From positions 62,001 through 126,000 of the forward strand of contig JALMLS010000071.1 in NCBI GenBank assembly GCA_038496445.1: a stretch of DNA of 64,000 bases. The letters run 5' to 3'. The first letter of the stretch is position 1. Each line of letters begins with the position of its first letter. The stretch comes from Trichosphaerium sp. ATCC 40318 (Eukaryota; Protista; Tubulinea). The translations under genes were made by a program, and so were the position numbers. This document shows positions 36,672 through 50,421 of this stretch, in pieces. The notes under the pieces were generated by a model that was not told the DNA's origin, did not search any database, and saw only the letters and a program-made list of their open reading frames with translations.

Positions 36672-39600
36672 ATGAGGAATATAGCTCATATACTTATCTT
36701 TACGTTACTTTTATGTGTTGGAGCCAGTTTGGCCGACATTGCTGACGAAACAAACGTCCAACTCTGGGATTGCGGTATAATACATCTAAAATACTTATTT
36801 AACGCTATCCTAGGTTCAAACCCTCAAAAATGGGCCTACCACTCTGACGATCAAACAATTCGCTTGGAACAAGACTGTACGACTTTAAAATGAACATACC
36901 ATATCACTATGTTAAATCTCAGGCGCATTACCGTTTCAGAAAAGTTTTTCCGTTTAATATTTGAAAGTACTAACACAAATCAAGCGAAATGTCTTGATAT
37001 CGCGAACTATGGGACATCTGATGGAAGTAACGTTTGGTTGTACACTTGCCATACTAGCGATCCAGACCCTTCTCATAAGAATCAAGAGTGGGTGCTTAAA
37101 TCAGACGGCAGTATTGTGAGGTATTTATCTTTTTACCATTAAAAGTTGAAACAGAAAAACTTCGCTCGAAAAGTCTAGCTACATTTTTTTGCCTTGTTCT
37201 CTCACACTTTCAATAGTACTCTATCAGGTAAATGTCTTGATGCTTCTGCTTATGGTACTTCGCCTGGTACAAACATACAAATATGGTGAGCGAAAAGTAC
37301 AAAACTGTTTTTTTTTCTTTGTCACGTGACATAACTTTTTCGGAGTAACTTTCTAACACACCTGAAACAGGACTTGTACTGGCGCTGATAATCAAAAATG
37401 GAGTTTCAACGCCACTGACTCCAGTTTGAGAGGAAAACAATCAGGTGAGTAGTGTTTTAGCGTTTAACTTACTTCTTGTGTTTTTACCTAATTAAAGGTC
37501 TTTGTGTTAACGTTGGTGCTAAATACGGCAGCCCATGCGAAGACGCAACAAATAAGGGATATCCTTTCTGCAACACTGCATTGTCATTTAGCGACCGCGT
37601 CAAAGATCTTGTATCAAGGTACTTGAACTTAGATCCCTTAAGCTACATCCTATTGTGACATGTTAATATAGAATCCCTGCCTCTGATAAAATTGGTCTAT
37701 TTGCAAACGGTGCAGCAGCTGTACCAAGCCTCAAGCTTCCGTCTTATCAGTGGTGGAGCGAAGCTTTACATGGAGTTGCAGGTACTACTGACTCACAAAC
37801 CCAAGTAGATTAATAAATTGTTTAAAGGAAGTCCTGGCGTTTCATTTGGCGGAACTACGCCTTATGCAACAAGCTTCCCACAAATTGTATCAACTGGATG
37901 CACTTTTGATTCTAAACTTGTTTCTGAGATTGGTAAAGTTGTTGGTACAGGCACGTGCTCTTTTCAACGAACCGTTTTTAGTTTTAAAGCTAAAATATAA
38001 TTACAGAGGGTCGTGCTATGCATAACGAAGGACATGCTGGACTTACTTTCTGGTAATTTTGACAAACTAACGCTTCATCTTACTGATATCTTATGAATAG
38101 GGCACCAAACGTTAACATCTTCCGTGATCGTATGCTGATGTTTGCTATTTCTCATTTTCGCTGATTTTGCTTCTTAGCTCGATGGGGTCGTGGTCAAGAA
38201 ACTCCTGGAGAAGATCCTTACCATGCTGCCGAGTATGCTTATAATTACGTATCTGCTCTTCAAGGTGATGATCCAAAGTACTTGCAAATATCTTCTTGCT
38301 GCAAACATTGTACGTCTTGTTTTACCCTTACAAAATTGAAGTATTAATTTTAATCGTTTTTTATCAAAGTCGCTGCATACAACCTTGAAAATTGGGGTGG
38401 AAAGAACAGACACGACTTTAACGCTATTGTAACACAACAAGTACGCAAGTTATCGTACAGGGATTGATACTTATTTTGTATTAGGATCTTGATGACACTT
38501 ACTTTCCAGCATTTAAGGTACGATTCACTTTTGTGAGAGCTTTTTCTTACTTGTTTCATTCAGAGTTGTTCTATGAGAGCCAAAGCAAGTTCAGTAATGT
38601 GCAGTTATAATGCAGTTAATGGTGTACCATCATGCGCTGACTCGAGTATTCTAAATGACTTGGTACGTGCTTTTCGTTTTCTTTTTTACTTGCAACTGTA
38701 CATACCTAACATAAACAATTTAGCTTCGTGCCAAATGGGACTTCCAAGGTTACATCACTTCTGATTGTGGCGCTGTATCGAGTACATATATCATATCACG
38801 TGTTTTGTCAATATTAATTTATCATGTAGACGTTTATTCAACGCATCACTACACAAACACAACAGATGAAACATGTAAAGTCGTTTTAGAAGCTGGAATG
38901 GATATTGATTGTGGCGGTTTCCTAAAGGACAACCTTGAAAAAGCTATTGCGTAAGTAACTTCAATCTGCTTTAACCAACCAATACTTATTTTATTATGGG
39001 TTAGGAATAAGGCAGTGTCATCAGAAACTGTTGATAAGGCATTGTACAATTTGTACATGGTTCAATTTAGATTGGGCATGTTCGATCCTCCTTCAAGTCT
39101 TTCAAAATACTCATCACTCAGTGCCAAGGATGTTGATACAACGCCTTCTAGAGTACGCTCGGTCTTTGAATATACAAGAGTTGAAACTTACGATATCATT
39201 CTAGGATCTCGCTTTGACAGCAGCATTGAAAGCAATGACTTTGTTGAAGAATGATGATAATACTTTACCTTTTAGTAAATCAATGTCAAAGATTGCTCTT
39301 GTTGGTCCTAACGCTGATGCTACAAACGTTATGCAAGGAAATTACAACGGAAGGGCACCTTACTTGATATCTCCACAAGCAGGATTAGCAAAGTACGCTT
39401 TTGCTTGTTAATACTTGGCTGGAAAGGGTTTTTTGTTAATTGTTTGTGAAGGTTTACCACTGTTGACTATGTCAAAGGATGTGACATAAGCTCAAGCGAT
39501 AAATCTGGGTTTACAGCTGCTTGTGATGCCGCCAAGTCATCAGATGCTACTGTTATGATCATGGGTTTGGATCAAAGTCAAGAAAAAGAAGGCCATGATA

Positions 39601-40779
39601 GGTAAATAATATATGTGATTGGCAAACGTTTAACAATCTTCAGAGATATAATCTCTTTCCCTGGTGTCCAAGAAGATTTCATATCCGAAATAGCTGGATG
39701 TTCCAAAGGTCCTGTAGTATTGGTGATCATGTCAGGAGGTCAAGTTGATTTATCACTCGCAAAAGCAAACAAGAAGGTAACTATCATTTCTTTACATCTT
39801 AACCAATACTTACCAATCAACAGGTCGGTGCCATCATGTTTGTTGGATATCCAGGACAATCTGGTGGTGATGCTATCGCTCAAACAATCTTTGGAGAGAA
39901 CTCACCAGGTAATTAAGTAACAGTACGAGTATAGAAACGCTAACACGTGGTTTTTCAATCAAAAGCTGGAAGACTTTCGTACACAATTTATCCTGCAGAT
40001 TATCTCAAGAATGTATCAATGTTCAACATGAACATGCGTCCATCTGAAAACTATCCTGGTAATGTCAAGTAAACTGAAATACGTGCTATTATCTCACGTT
40101 GTTTATTAGGAAGAAGTTACAGATTCTACAACAACGCTCAAGGCACTGTGTACCCAGTACGTGTTAAAACATTCAACAGAAAAAGCTTGCTAAACAAAAA
40201 TTAGTTTGGACATGGTCTTACATACACTAACTTCAGCGTCTCAACAACTTCTTCAGTATCTTCTATCCCTATCTACAAGATAAAGGTATATGTCTCTCTA
40301 GAAACAAACAATCAAAGCAAGCTCTTACACATTGTTTCAGGAAGGTGTTAAAGGTGACAAACAACTACGTGCTTGGGAACAACCTTCAATCTCAGGTACA
40401 ACAAACACTCCTCATTGTATTCTCAACATTCTTGTAGATGTTTCAGTAGTTGTAAAGAATACAGGAAGTGTCACAAGCGATTACACATTCCTTTCATTCG
40501 CAGTACCACCAACACCTGGTAAAAACGGCAATCCATTGAAATACCTCCACTTCTTCACTCGATTGTATGATGTGAAACCAAACGAGTCAAGAACTGTTGT
40601 TGTTCCTCTTCGTGCAACTGATCTCATTTTGGCTGACACGTGCGTCTCTTGTTTGGTAAATACTTGATCATAGCAATAACGTTGATGATAGGGATGGCGT
40701 TCGAAGACCAATACCTGGAACATGGAAGATAGAGATTGGACCATACGCAACATCATCTACAACCTTCCTTGTAGAGTGA
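36672..40779 (+). CDS. Secreted ricin-B lectin + GH3 beta-xylosidase/arabinofuranosidase-like
   Basis: QxW ricin repeats; [60 protein letters not shown]; Fn3-like C-terminus. Confidence 0.95.
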
Positions 40780-40916
40780 GCCAAGCTTGCTGAATTTCCT
40801 TCAACAAGTCAAGGCGTGTTCAGGGTGTTTTTATAAAAACTGAGCTCCACAATACTTGACCTTTTGTTTTGAATTTATTATCGCAACTCTGTGAGCACAA
40901 TGCGTTTTTAAAGTCT

Positions 40917-41881
40917 CTATGCATAGTAGTATTTTTTATGTATCCTGTAGAATTTATCATCGCGGGGCTTGACTACCCAATAGCGGTCACTCAATTCACC
41001 ATCAACGTAATTTCTTTTGTGAATAAGTCGTCCGTTAAAGTCCCAAACCTCGTCTGACCTCTCACCGGTTAATTGCCTTGAAAACTTTAGTTGCCCATTT
41101 TTATACCATCTCTTGTGAACGTCTGGTGTTTTGTGTAGCTTAATTTGTCCGTTTGGATACCACTCTTCAAATATACTGAAGTCCACGTGCTCTTTCGGTT
41201 GTATGTCTGTAAATACTTTTTTTTTGTAGGAAGTTATTTGTCCGTTAGTGTATTGCTCCTCTTCCTCAACGGTACCCATGTTAAAAAGTAACCGTGTCTT
41301 CCGTTGACCGACTTTATTTTTGTATATCCATTCACCATGTTTCTTAAATTGTACCCTCATGCCTTGTACCCGTGTGTGTCCATTCGAGTATTTCTCAGTA
41401 TACGAACCATTTTTGCGCCCGTCTTCATAGAACTCATGTATTGTAATACGCCCTGAACCTGAAGCTACGTATTTTTGTTCGCCATCAAGGACTCCATGTT
41501 TGTAAGTTCTTAGGTGTTGCTGATATCCTCCAAATTCTGTTTGTGCTCCATGAAGCTTTCCATTGTTGTCAAACGATTTTCTTCGAAGAAGGAACACCTC
41601 GCTTGTTCCACTACGTCGCCATGCCTTCCATTTGCCAATTTGTTTCAACCGCAATGAGTAGTGAGTCATCATGGCCGCTCTTCGTGATAGAACATGCCTG
41701 AAAAAGTATCAGTCTGATGGTAATTCCAAGTAAACAAAAATAGTCACCATTTTGAGTGTGTAGTGCGGTCCATCTCACAGATATATTGTTGTATTTCAGG
41801 TGGTAGTGACAACACCATAGAACCATCATCACAAGGAATGGATGTTAATTTTTTTGTGGGTACACGTGGTATAAAAAACAT
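40917..41881 (-). CDS. F-box-like + MORN-variant repeat protein, with an intron at 41698-41747
   Basis: VLSLPPEIQQYICEMD..HSKW|HVLSRRAAMMTHY; splicing restores the family motif shared with the other MORN genes. Confidence 0.8.
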
Positions 41882-42361
41882 AGAACCTGAGATAGGTATT
41901 AAATCGCAGTTTATGCTCAACTTTAAACATACTCTGTTTGGGAACGAAAACAAATGGTTCTACATCAAGTCTTGACGTTTGTTGTTTGGCTTTAAAAACA
42001 AAAACATCATCTTGCTCTTTATCACCTGTAGTCTTTGATAACACGTTGACAGGTTTGAAAACAAACGGTGCAGAACGGGCTTTTGGGAGTTAATACAAAG
42101 TTCTTTGTGGTCCAAGTTTTACCTTTGTCTAGACTTGGCCACGCTTTCATTCCGTAGCTACGTATTTGTTGTGATGTTTTGGATTACAAAAATAAGTCAC
42201 GTGAATTATGCGAACGCATTTGTGCTGCACAAAAAAGAGCACTGCGCTTTCCAAGAAAATTGTGGTTAAAGAACAAAAAACTCTTTCGAAGAATCGTCTA
42301 TTTACTAACTTCACTCCAAATACAAAACATGTAGTTATGTACAAAAATCAGAGAATAGACC

Positions 42362-42450
42362 CTTAGGAACGTGTACCCAATGCCTGTACAGCTTCTTTTG
42401 TTATACTCGTTTTGCTATTGACATGAATATACTTGATGTACTTCATACAA
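42362..42450 (-). pseudogene. Remnant of an LRR C-terminal cap
   Basis: IKYIHVNSKTSITKEAVQALGTRS resembles the end of 8547-9809 (VTNEGVKAVKGTRV). Confidence 0.35.
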
Positions 42451-43099
42451 GAGTCATACAATCCAAAAGTGCAAGAAGAATAAGTGTTTGTGAAACCAAA
42501 TTACAGTATTCGTAATGGTTCACCATGACGGTTTTTAATGTTGTCTCCATTGCCCGTATTTTCTGTGGTTTAAGAACATGGAAAGGTATGTAGCTCCAAA
42601 CTTAGGAAGGTTGGAGTACAGAATTGATACTATGAACTTTAATAAATTATGAAGGTATTGCATACAATTAATATAATTTAAACTATGAAGGTATAAATTA
42701 TTGCACATAATTAATCTTTAGGTGTACCATGAGCACCTATCATGTAAAAATTCTGAACTGATCTCAATGCCCAAAACCTGTATTGGATGCGGCAAAGCTA
42801 TGTAATGATCCCTGAAATAATAACTGACTAAGACCGTACAACTAGAACTTTGAATGAAAATAAACCAAACAAAATCACATTATTATCTTAGAATAGTAAA
42901 ATAATAAATGGTTTCCAATAATAGATACTCCTCGTTGCTTACCATTTTGCTTGAGTAAAGTAAGTTACCCAAAACGGTTATTACTTTGAATGACTGTTTT
43001 ACTGGGGATGTGGAGGAGTCATGATTCCTTGGCAAAACGATAAATTCCTTAGATAACACAAAGAAGACCCAATTTTTGCTACAAAATAGAACAGTTTAT

Positions 43100-44522
43100 T
43101 TATTCCTTGTAACATTGTAACGCTTTGATGACTTTGATACGTTCAGACAAACTGAAACCGATCTCTATGAGTGCATCCATATCAATTTCTGAAATTTTGG
43201 CACGTGCTACATTCATAAGTGATCCAAGCTCTTGTGCTCGTTTACTTTCAAAGCCCAATCTAATTAATTCCAACTCCCAATCTGTTACTGACTGTTGCAC
43301 TGAGTCATTTTGAGTATTAGTGAAACTTTCCTACATAAAAAGGTAAATCATTTCTATGTACCAATTCTAAAGAGTACCTCATTGATGTCAGAAACAGTAG
43401 GCTTGCTACTCCATGAATTTTGAGATATAAGTTCCTCAATTGAATTTGTCTTTGACAAAATATCAATGGCATCTTGAAGTATATGATAATCTTCAAGAGC
43501 ATCTCCAAACTTTTTGTACTCATATTCAGGATCAGCTACAAGCTTTGGTAAGTACTTTTCTCCTGGGCTCTCTTTCAATATCGAATGTAGATGTTTTGTA
43601 TCTACTTTATTTGGTGTTGTCAAATCATTTTTATCTCTACCACTCATAGGTTCAACCGTTGGAGTTACATTGCTCTTTGCTTCCTTAAGGGGGGCAGGTA
43701 TTAATTTACCCTCTTTGATTTTTTTGCCATCTTTGAATTCACAAAGAATTTTACTTCCGTCCTGGAAATTTTATCACTCCTTCTCCATGGTACTTATTGT
43801 CTTTAAAATTGCCAATATAAACTACCCCATCTTGTGTTATGGACTCTCCTAAGCCATGAAATTTGCCATTTTTATATTCACCTGAATGCACAACCCCACT
43901 TGGCGTAGTTGTTTTCCCATCACCATGTAGTTTACCATCTTTAAACACCAACCATTTTAGTTCCATCAGAGAAGTGCACTTCTCCTACGCCTTCTAAGAA
44001 GCCCTTGTTGAATTTGCCAATACAAACAGTTCCATTTGGTAGTATCATCTTGCCTAGACCATGGGGTTTCCCATCTTTAATTCTGCCAATAAATCTACTT
44101 CTGTCTGGTAATAGCCGCACTCCTTTGAATGTAAGTTGTTGGGGTTTGCACTCTTGCTCCGCGTCTGTAATGTCAGGTGTTAAAACCAGTGATACACTGC
44201 TAATCACTCCATTGTTGATTTCACAACTATATGTCGTTCCATCAGATTGTGTTAAAAGTGCTTTGCCGTGGATCTCGCCTTCTTTAAATTCACCTGTATA
44301 TTTATTTCCATTCGGCATTGCTATTGTTGCGCTACCACTTCGGGACCCCTTGTTGAAGTTTCCAGTATATATAGTTCCATCTGTAAATATCATCTCTCCT
44401 TCACCATGGGGTAAGCCATTTTTAATTCCGCCAATATATCTAGTTCCGTCTTGAAATATCCACTCTCTGGGGCGTTTGCTCGCACCTGTATTTTCACCAA
44501 CATATTTGGTTGTTTCTGCCAT
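43100..44522 (-). pseudogene. Classical MORN-repeat protein with SAM-like C-terminus, frameshifted
   Basis: YxGxFxxGxxHGxG repeats spread over three frames (shifts near 43943 and 43762); C-terminal IDMDALIEIGFSLSERIKVIKAL. Confidence 0.75.
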
Positions 44523-45377
44523 GTTTAGTATTATTACTTAGTTTCTAACGTAATTTGATGATACACGTGGGTGTGATCACTTTTTGTTCGCAACAAACGA
44601 GCTTAGGGGTCAAAGTGTTTCAACCATCGCTGAAAACTTCTCTTACAGTTTCTTGGTTTGTAAAGGTAAGTGAGTTTGATGTCTATCCCTGGTTGTAGAT
44701 CCTTTCTTTACCCTCCCTGGTTGCAAGTGATTGCCAACTGCTTATACGCTCGACGAAGGCTTATGGTCAGAATACATATTGCGCTTTATTGGCAAACTAA
44801 TAAGCTGACATTACATTCCCACAGATGCCTTTTTTACTTAATGACCACAGGGTGGCAAGTTGGGTTAGTGGAACCCTTTCATTTCCCACGAATCGGAGTG
44901 GTTTTTTATTACTCCCTGCAGTTGAAAGATGGCAAAGGTGCTTGTACCACCAATGATCCGTGTTGTGTGAATAAAAGCTGGTTTCATTTCACCAGGGAAG
45001 ATTTTGTGGCGGGCAAACGGCCGTTGTGTTGATCTGTACAAGATAAACAATCGACCTATTTCTTTGATTCAACATAAACACGGCAAAAACTACATCCCTG
45101 GAGGAAATAAGCAATGTCTTATTCTAGAACGTTCTTGTAAATTTAATCATGTTAAAGAAGTGCAAACAAACGAGCTAGTAACCAAACCTGGACTCTACAG
45201 TTTTATGCATAACCATCATACGTATCAGTTCCTATCACTCACATAACTTAAAAAAGTTCCAATTAAGAAATAAGGAGATATAAACAATAGACAATTTTGG
45301 TGGCTATGGCTAACCTACAACATAGACTGTTTGAGAAATTGTGCGTGCGTATTGAAACTACAAATTGGTAAGTCTTT

Positions 45378-46929
45378 TTATTGAAACAATGATAACGCAA
45401 TACCAGTATGTCTTCGGTGATTGCCTCTAAACTGTAGTTGAGTAACAATAGATGTTTAGTTTGTTGTACATTGCTCACTTGTAGTCCTCTTTCCAATAGG
45501 CGTCATAGTTACAATAAACGCAATGATAAGTATACATTCTGTAATACTTAGAATAGTTCTAAAAACAACACTTGATGTGACGTGTTCTTCTCTTTCGGTT
45601 GTAAATGTAACAAGATGTAACAATGACATTAATAGAAGGGTGCTAAATACTGTAGCAAATACAATCGTAGCAACTATAACCAGGACGTGTATCTAGAAAC
45701 ATTGTGATTACATAAACACATGTGAATAGAAGCAAGAAAAAAAGAAGAAAAAAAAAAGGCATTTTGATGTAAATAGTCGCAAAAAAGATACAAATGATGT
45801 CAAACATCTTTGTAAAAATAGGCAAAACATTAAAATTCACTAGGGCTGCACTAAATTCGTCCGAAGGCTTACCTTTTTTCGCAGTTCTTTGAATGTGTCT
45901 TTACTTGTGCTTAGCGTCTTTCTTGTTTTGTATCCCATGTAAATTAAGCTACCAAACACAAATATGAATACAAGTAGTACGTAAATAGTATACAACAACC
46001 AAACGATCGAAGTATCTCCTCTGATGAAGACCAAAAGAGCAAAAACAAGCAGTTCAACAAAAAAAATAGCTAAAACAAGTTACATAGATACATCAAGCAG
46101 AACTAACTTAATACATGCCTCCAACGACTAAATATGATAGTGTAGATATGAACAACCTCATTGCACGACTTGGTCTGGGCTCTACAAGCGCCCTAAAGTC
46201 TGTAAGTACCAAGAAACCGAACATCAATTACCATAATCTCAATACAAATATTGGTGTCGAAAACAAGACAGCCTTGGCTATTCTTTCAATAAAAATCTCA
46301 AGCCTCCATGAAATATTCCTCGTATTGAAAGGGTCGAAAACGGCAGAACCAAAATTTCCTATGAAAAAAATAGGCCACGTGCGTTTTTTTTGACGAAAAC
46401 GACATAACAAATTGACAATCAGTAACGCGATTTTGCGACTGTATAAAATAAAGTTCTATGCTTGTTAATACGTACCTACGCAAACCAAGAAAATAAAAAG
46501 CCAGAGCATTTTTACAGTCATTGAGTTACGGTTATATGGAGGTTTGTATATTTCGTAGCGGATGACACAATACCTAAAGAGGACAAACAAGTTAAAACCG
46601 GAAAAACTATTCCTAACAAAACAAAAACCAACTGGCTGTTAATCTTACACTGTATAGCTTCCTAGTAGTCCAAATATCATGCCAAAAACTATATTATAAG
46701 CCAGAACCAATCCACCTTTGTAAAAAGATTAATTTGGATAAGAAAACTGGCAAATCACGTGACATACTCGAGGGCCCAAGCTGACACCTAGAAAAAAGTT
46801 AATTAGAGTAAGGAAACCGTTTATTTGTTACCATTCACCTGCACGCCCGTAGAAACATTCGCATTCTCCATTAAAACATAATCCCCCTCCATAGCAATTA
46901 TTATCAGCGCAGGTTATATTCGGATTCAT
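45378..46929 (-). CDS. EGF-like + multi-TM membrane protein, copy 2
   Basis: CADNNCYGGGLCFNGECECFYGRAGEWC; exons are collinear with copy 1 while introns are diverged; 3' end approximate. Confidence 0.7.
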
Positions 46930-47169
46930 CGTCTTTGAATCTTGAGAACTTCAAAGACTTAGTCACTGCCTAACAAATTATAATTTTTGCAAGTACATAA
47001 ACACTCATTGTATTGGTGGTGAAGACAGTAATTTTTTAATTACATGATAGCACTATGCAATGACCTTTACTACTCTCAAACAATTACAGCCAGCTTTTGG
47101 AACTTGGAACACTACAAACCGAGACACAAAAACAAAGTGCGAAAACGCATTTACTTCATACAATTCAAT

Positions 47170-47373
47170 TTGATTCCACTGATGTAACAGATGAAGATGT
47201 TAAAGTATTGAAAGGTGCGCTCAAATCAACGTATTTCATTGCGAAATAACAGATGAAAGCATTAAATCATTGGCAGGTGCTTATTCTATTTGTGTAAGCT
47301 ATTGTGAGCACGTGACATACGAAAGCCTTGCAGTTTTGAAAAGTGTTCACTCTTTACGATTGTGGTACATCTA
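47170..47373 (+). pseudogene. LRR remnant
   Basis: TDVTDEDVKVLKGA / CEITDESIKSLAGAYSICVSYCEHVTYESLAVLKSVHSL, with a frameshift. Confidence 0.65.
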
Positions 47374-47593
47374 GCAGGTATACTATCAAGTCACTACAAG
47401 ATGCCTCAGTCCAGGTTCTGGGAGAATATTAGATAGGCCACAGTCTTGGTTAGAAACTGCATTATTCTAAACAATAAATAGTTACAATCACATTTTTCTT
47501 ATTCATTAAAGACTACCACTGAAATCTGTGAACAGAATGTCAAATAAAATGGTTAAGTTCAGTTTTAAGTAGAATCAACAAAGAACGCCACCA

Positions 47594-47932
47594 ATGCAAA
47601 TAAAAATAAAAACACTAACAGGAAAGGATATAATGATTGAACTGGAGCCAAGTGACACTATTGAAAACGTAAAAGTAAAAATCGAAGACCAAGAAGGTGC
47701 AAAAACAAGATTAAACGCTCTAATCAAGTAAAATAATACATTTGTAGGTATTCCAACTGACCAACAGAGACTTATCTTTGCTGGGAAGAGACTAGAGGAT
47801 TGCAAGACTTTAGCGCATTATAAAGTAGAAGATGGTTCTATGTTACACCTTGTGCTACGACTTAGAGGGGATAGCGGTAGTCATGGTCAGGTCAAGGACG
47901 TCCAGAACAACACTACCTGTCGTTTAATGTAG
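47594..47932 (+). CDS. Ubiquitin/NEDD8-like variant A with RGD tail and CaaX-like end
   Basis: [34 protein letters not shown]|[18 protein letters not shown]...[29 protein letters not shown]; one 51-nt intron. Confidence 0.88.
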
Positions 47933-48549
47933 AAGCGACATCTCCTCTTGCTATAATCAAGACCTGTACATAGTTAAATAAACACAACTAGGAGCCCAAA
48001 ACCGTTGACTTAGCACTGATTAGTCAGTAAGTGCTCTTCAAGAGACACACCATAAGGATCATAAATACTGTTGAAGGTATCAAGTCAATAAGAGATTCAC
48101 ATGATTGGGCAAGGATTGAAATTAGCCATGCTGTGTACCGAATACAATCAATAGTAAATTCAAAAGCTTAACACTATCACATGGCTATTGACTCAAGTTG
48201 GAAACTCATTGTACACATTTAACTCTTTTAATTGTTTCAAGGTTGTTACTAAACATATAAAATCAAAATATATTTGTAAACGAGGATAAGTCTATCAAAT
48301 CCTGCAAAGGTACATCCATTTAGCTATATATACTTAACAGTTTGAATGTTGTACGTGTACTTGTAACCTTTTGCAAGTACTTGATACCCTTGTCGTTTCA
48401 TAAAGCTAAGCTTAAATGTTTGTTTTTTAATACAAATATCATTTATTGCTTTTTTTGTTGTAATTTTGTTTATGTTCAATCATCTTCTTTCCTACCATAA
48501 CTTATGTGGTTCAGGCCTAGAATGTTTAAGCCACCAGTACTTGCTTTCT

Positions 48550-49678
48550 CCTTCACCGCAGAAAGATTCAAAGTGTGGTCTTTGCATTTCACTATAGAAG
48601 TGTTTGAAAGCATATATCCTTAGTTCCTAAAGGTTGTTTTATCAAAAGTGTTGTTTGTATAAACAGCTTTAGCTTACTGGAACATAAGCAGCCATACGAT
48701 CACACATTTCCATAAACTGCGGTTGAATTTGTGTGATGTGTAAATCAGCAAGCATGGCTGCAGTGCCAACATCCTCATAGAAGTTTAGCTTTGGTCTTTT
48801 TTCTTTTGGCTGATTTGTACAAAGTATTAGTTTACCACGTGGTAAGTAGGACGTTGCGCACAATTATCCAGTAGCTATTATACATATGTAATGCTAGGTC
48901 ATGTGATAGTATATATGCACCGCCAATAGCGTATTTAAGAGGAAGATATTTGCTTGGTACAGAAGAAGTTGAGTCATTGTATATTCCTGTAATCCCATAG
49001 TACACTCCTCTCTTTGGGAAGTACTTTGAATACTCCAATATCTTGTTTGGAAGAAGCCACGAGTCATCATCACCTTTTTAAAGGCATTAGATGTCAGGTG
49101 ATGACAGGCGATGACAGGTTCTGTCGGGTTTTATTTGTGTATCAAAAATTGGTACATTTTAGAATGTAGTCAAAGTTGTAAGTCTCAATCGCGTATTTTA
49201 TAAACAACATCGTCTTCATAGAAAGGTCCTCGTATCTATCTACCATTTGAACAAGTTTAATGTCTCCATATGTCTCGTTCTCTATCTGTCTTGAGCATGA
49301 AAGGCTAATTAAAAAAAAACATGCAGATTCCTGTAACAATATTGTTGTTAATACTTACCGTTTCTAAGTTCCTTTATGGTATCAGGACCTTTATGTACAA
49401 GCTATTTTTAGTGTTTACAGGTTCCACCACGTGTTTCTTATCGGTGTTCTCCTCTGTGCGTATAGCGGTGCCGAAAATACTCCAAAAATTATTTTTCTGT
49501 GCGGTAGCGATTGGTTTCTTTGTCTAGGAATGTACGGAACTGAATCTCTAATTTTAGCCATAGACGAGACTTCTGGAAGGCTTAGTTGTATGATTTGATT
49601 TTTTGGCCTTGTACTCACAAAAAACAATATTAATATTATACTGTACAATAAGAGCCAATATGATTGCCAGATACGCAT
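48550..49678 (-). CDS. GT31 beta-1,3-glycosyltransferase-like
   Basis: Type II TM anchor, RRTPIRNTW, ENETYGDI, YILK|GDDDS, YAIGGAYILS, EDV; 3' end approximate. Confidence 0.85.
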
Positions 49679-50421
49679 TTGCACGGTGTATAACAAGTGC
49701 TATCTTGACAAATAGAGACTACGATTTTAGAATTTATTTCATGACTATGACTCGCTCACAAAATCACTTACAAACTTGCCAGTATACACGTAATAGACTT
49801 GTATATTTGTGGGTAAAGAAACTGATGGTTTTCACTCAAGTAATCGTGAAAGAATATTGGTGACTAAAGCAGTAGGCAGATCATACAAATAAATTATCGG
49901 ACCAAACACCTTCGCATTACTCCAGGCCATTATCACAAATAGCCATTTATAGATATTACAAGGCCATGGCTGTAGAGAAGACAAGTCTGTGGTAACAACC
50001 CATAGATAAATCGCTCCAAATAGAAAGAGCACATAAAACCGTTTCAACTGTCTCATCATTACAGAACTAACAAAACCTGATGGAAGCTAAGCAACAAAAA
50101 GAATGGCTGTACACGTGTTTTCTCCGTTACAGACGTTTGGGTAAGACTTGGTATGACTCATAAATCAACTACAAACGCCTACAACGTGTACAAGAACATG
50201 GCGAGCGGCAATCACCCACATCCCACCCAAAAATTTCCTTTTCAATTTGTTTTAAAAACCTGTAAAACTTTCTTTTATTTTCCAAGTGTTTCTTGTATAA
50301 TAGATAACAAATGCTTGGCGCTGCGCTAGAGCCACAAGACATTTTGTCTTCCTCCCAAACATCGTCTAAGTTGAGTCCCTTTGGTTAGTTGATAGAAGAG
50401 TAGTAGTTAGTATCAGAACTC

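Noticed and set aside
43751-43966. Programmed frameshifting at TAA in the MORN gene (and in PARP)
   Set aside because: The MORN consensus is better restored by ordinary indels upstream of the stops; shift directions are inconsistent and there is no shared slippery motif.
24226-44522. Contiguous endogenous giant-virus insertion
   Set aside because: No viral hallmark genes (capsid, PolB, packaging ATPase) were seen, and virus-like genes alternate with intron-rich host genes.
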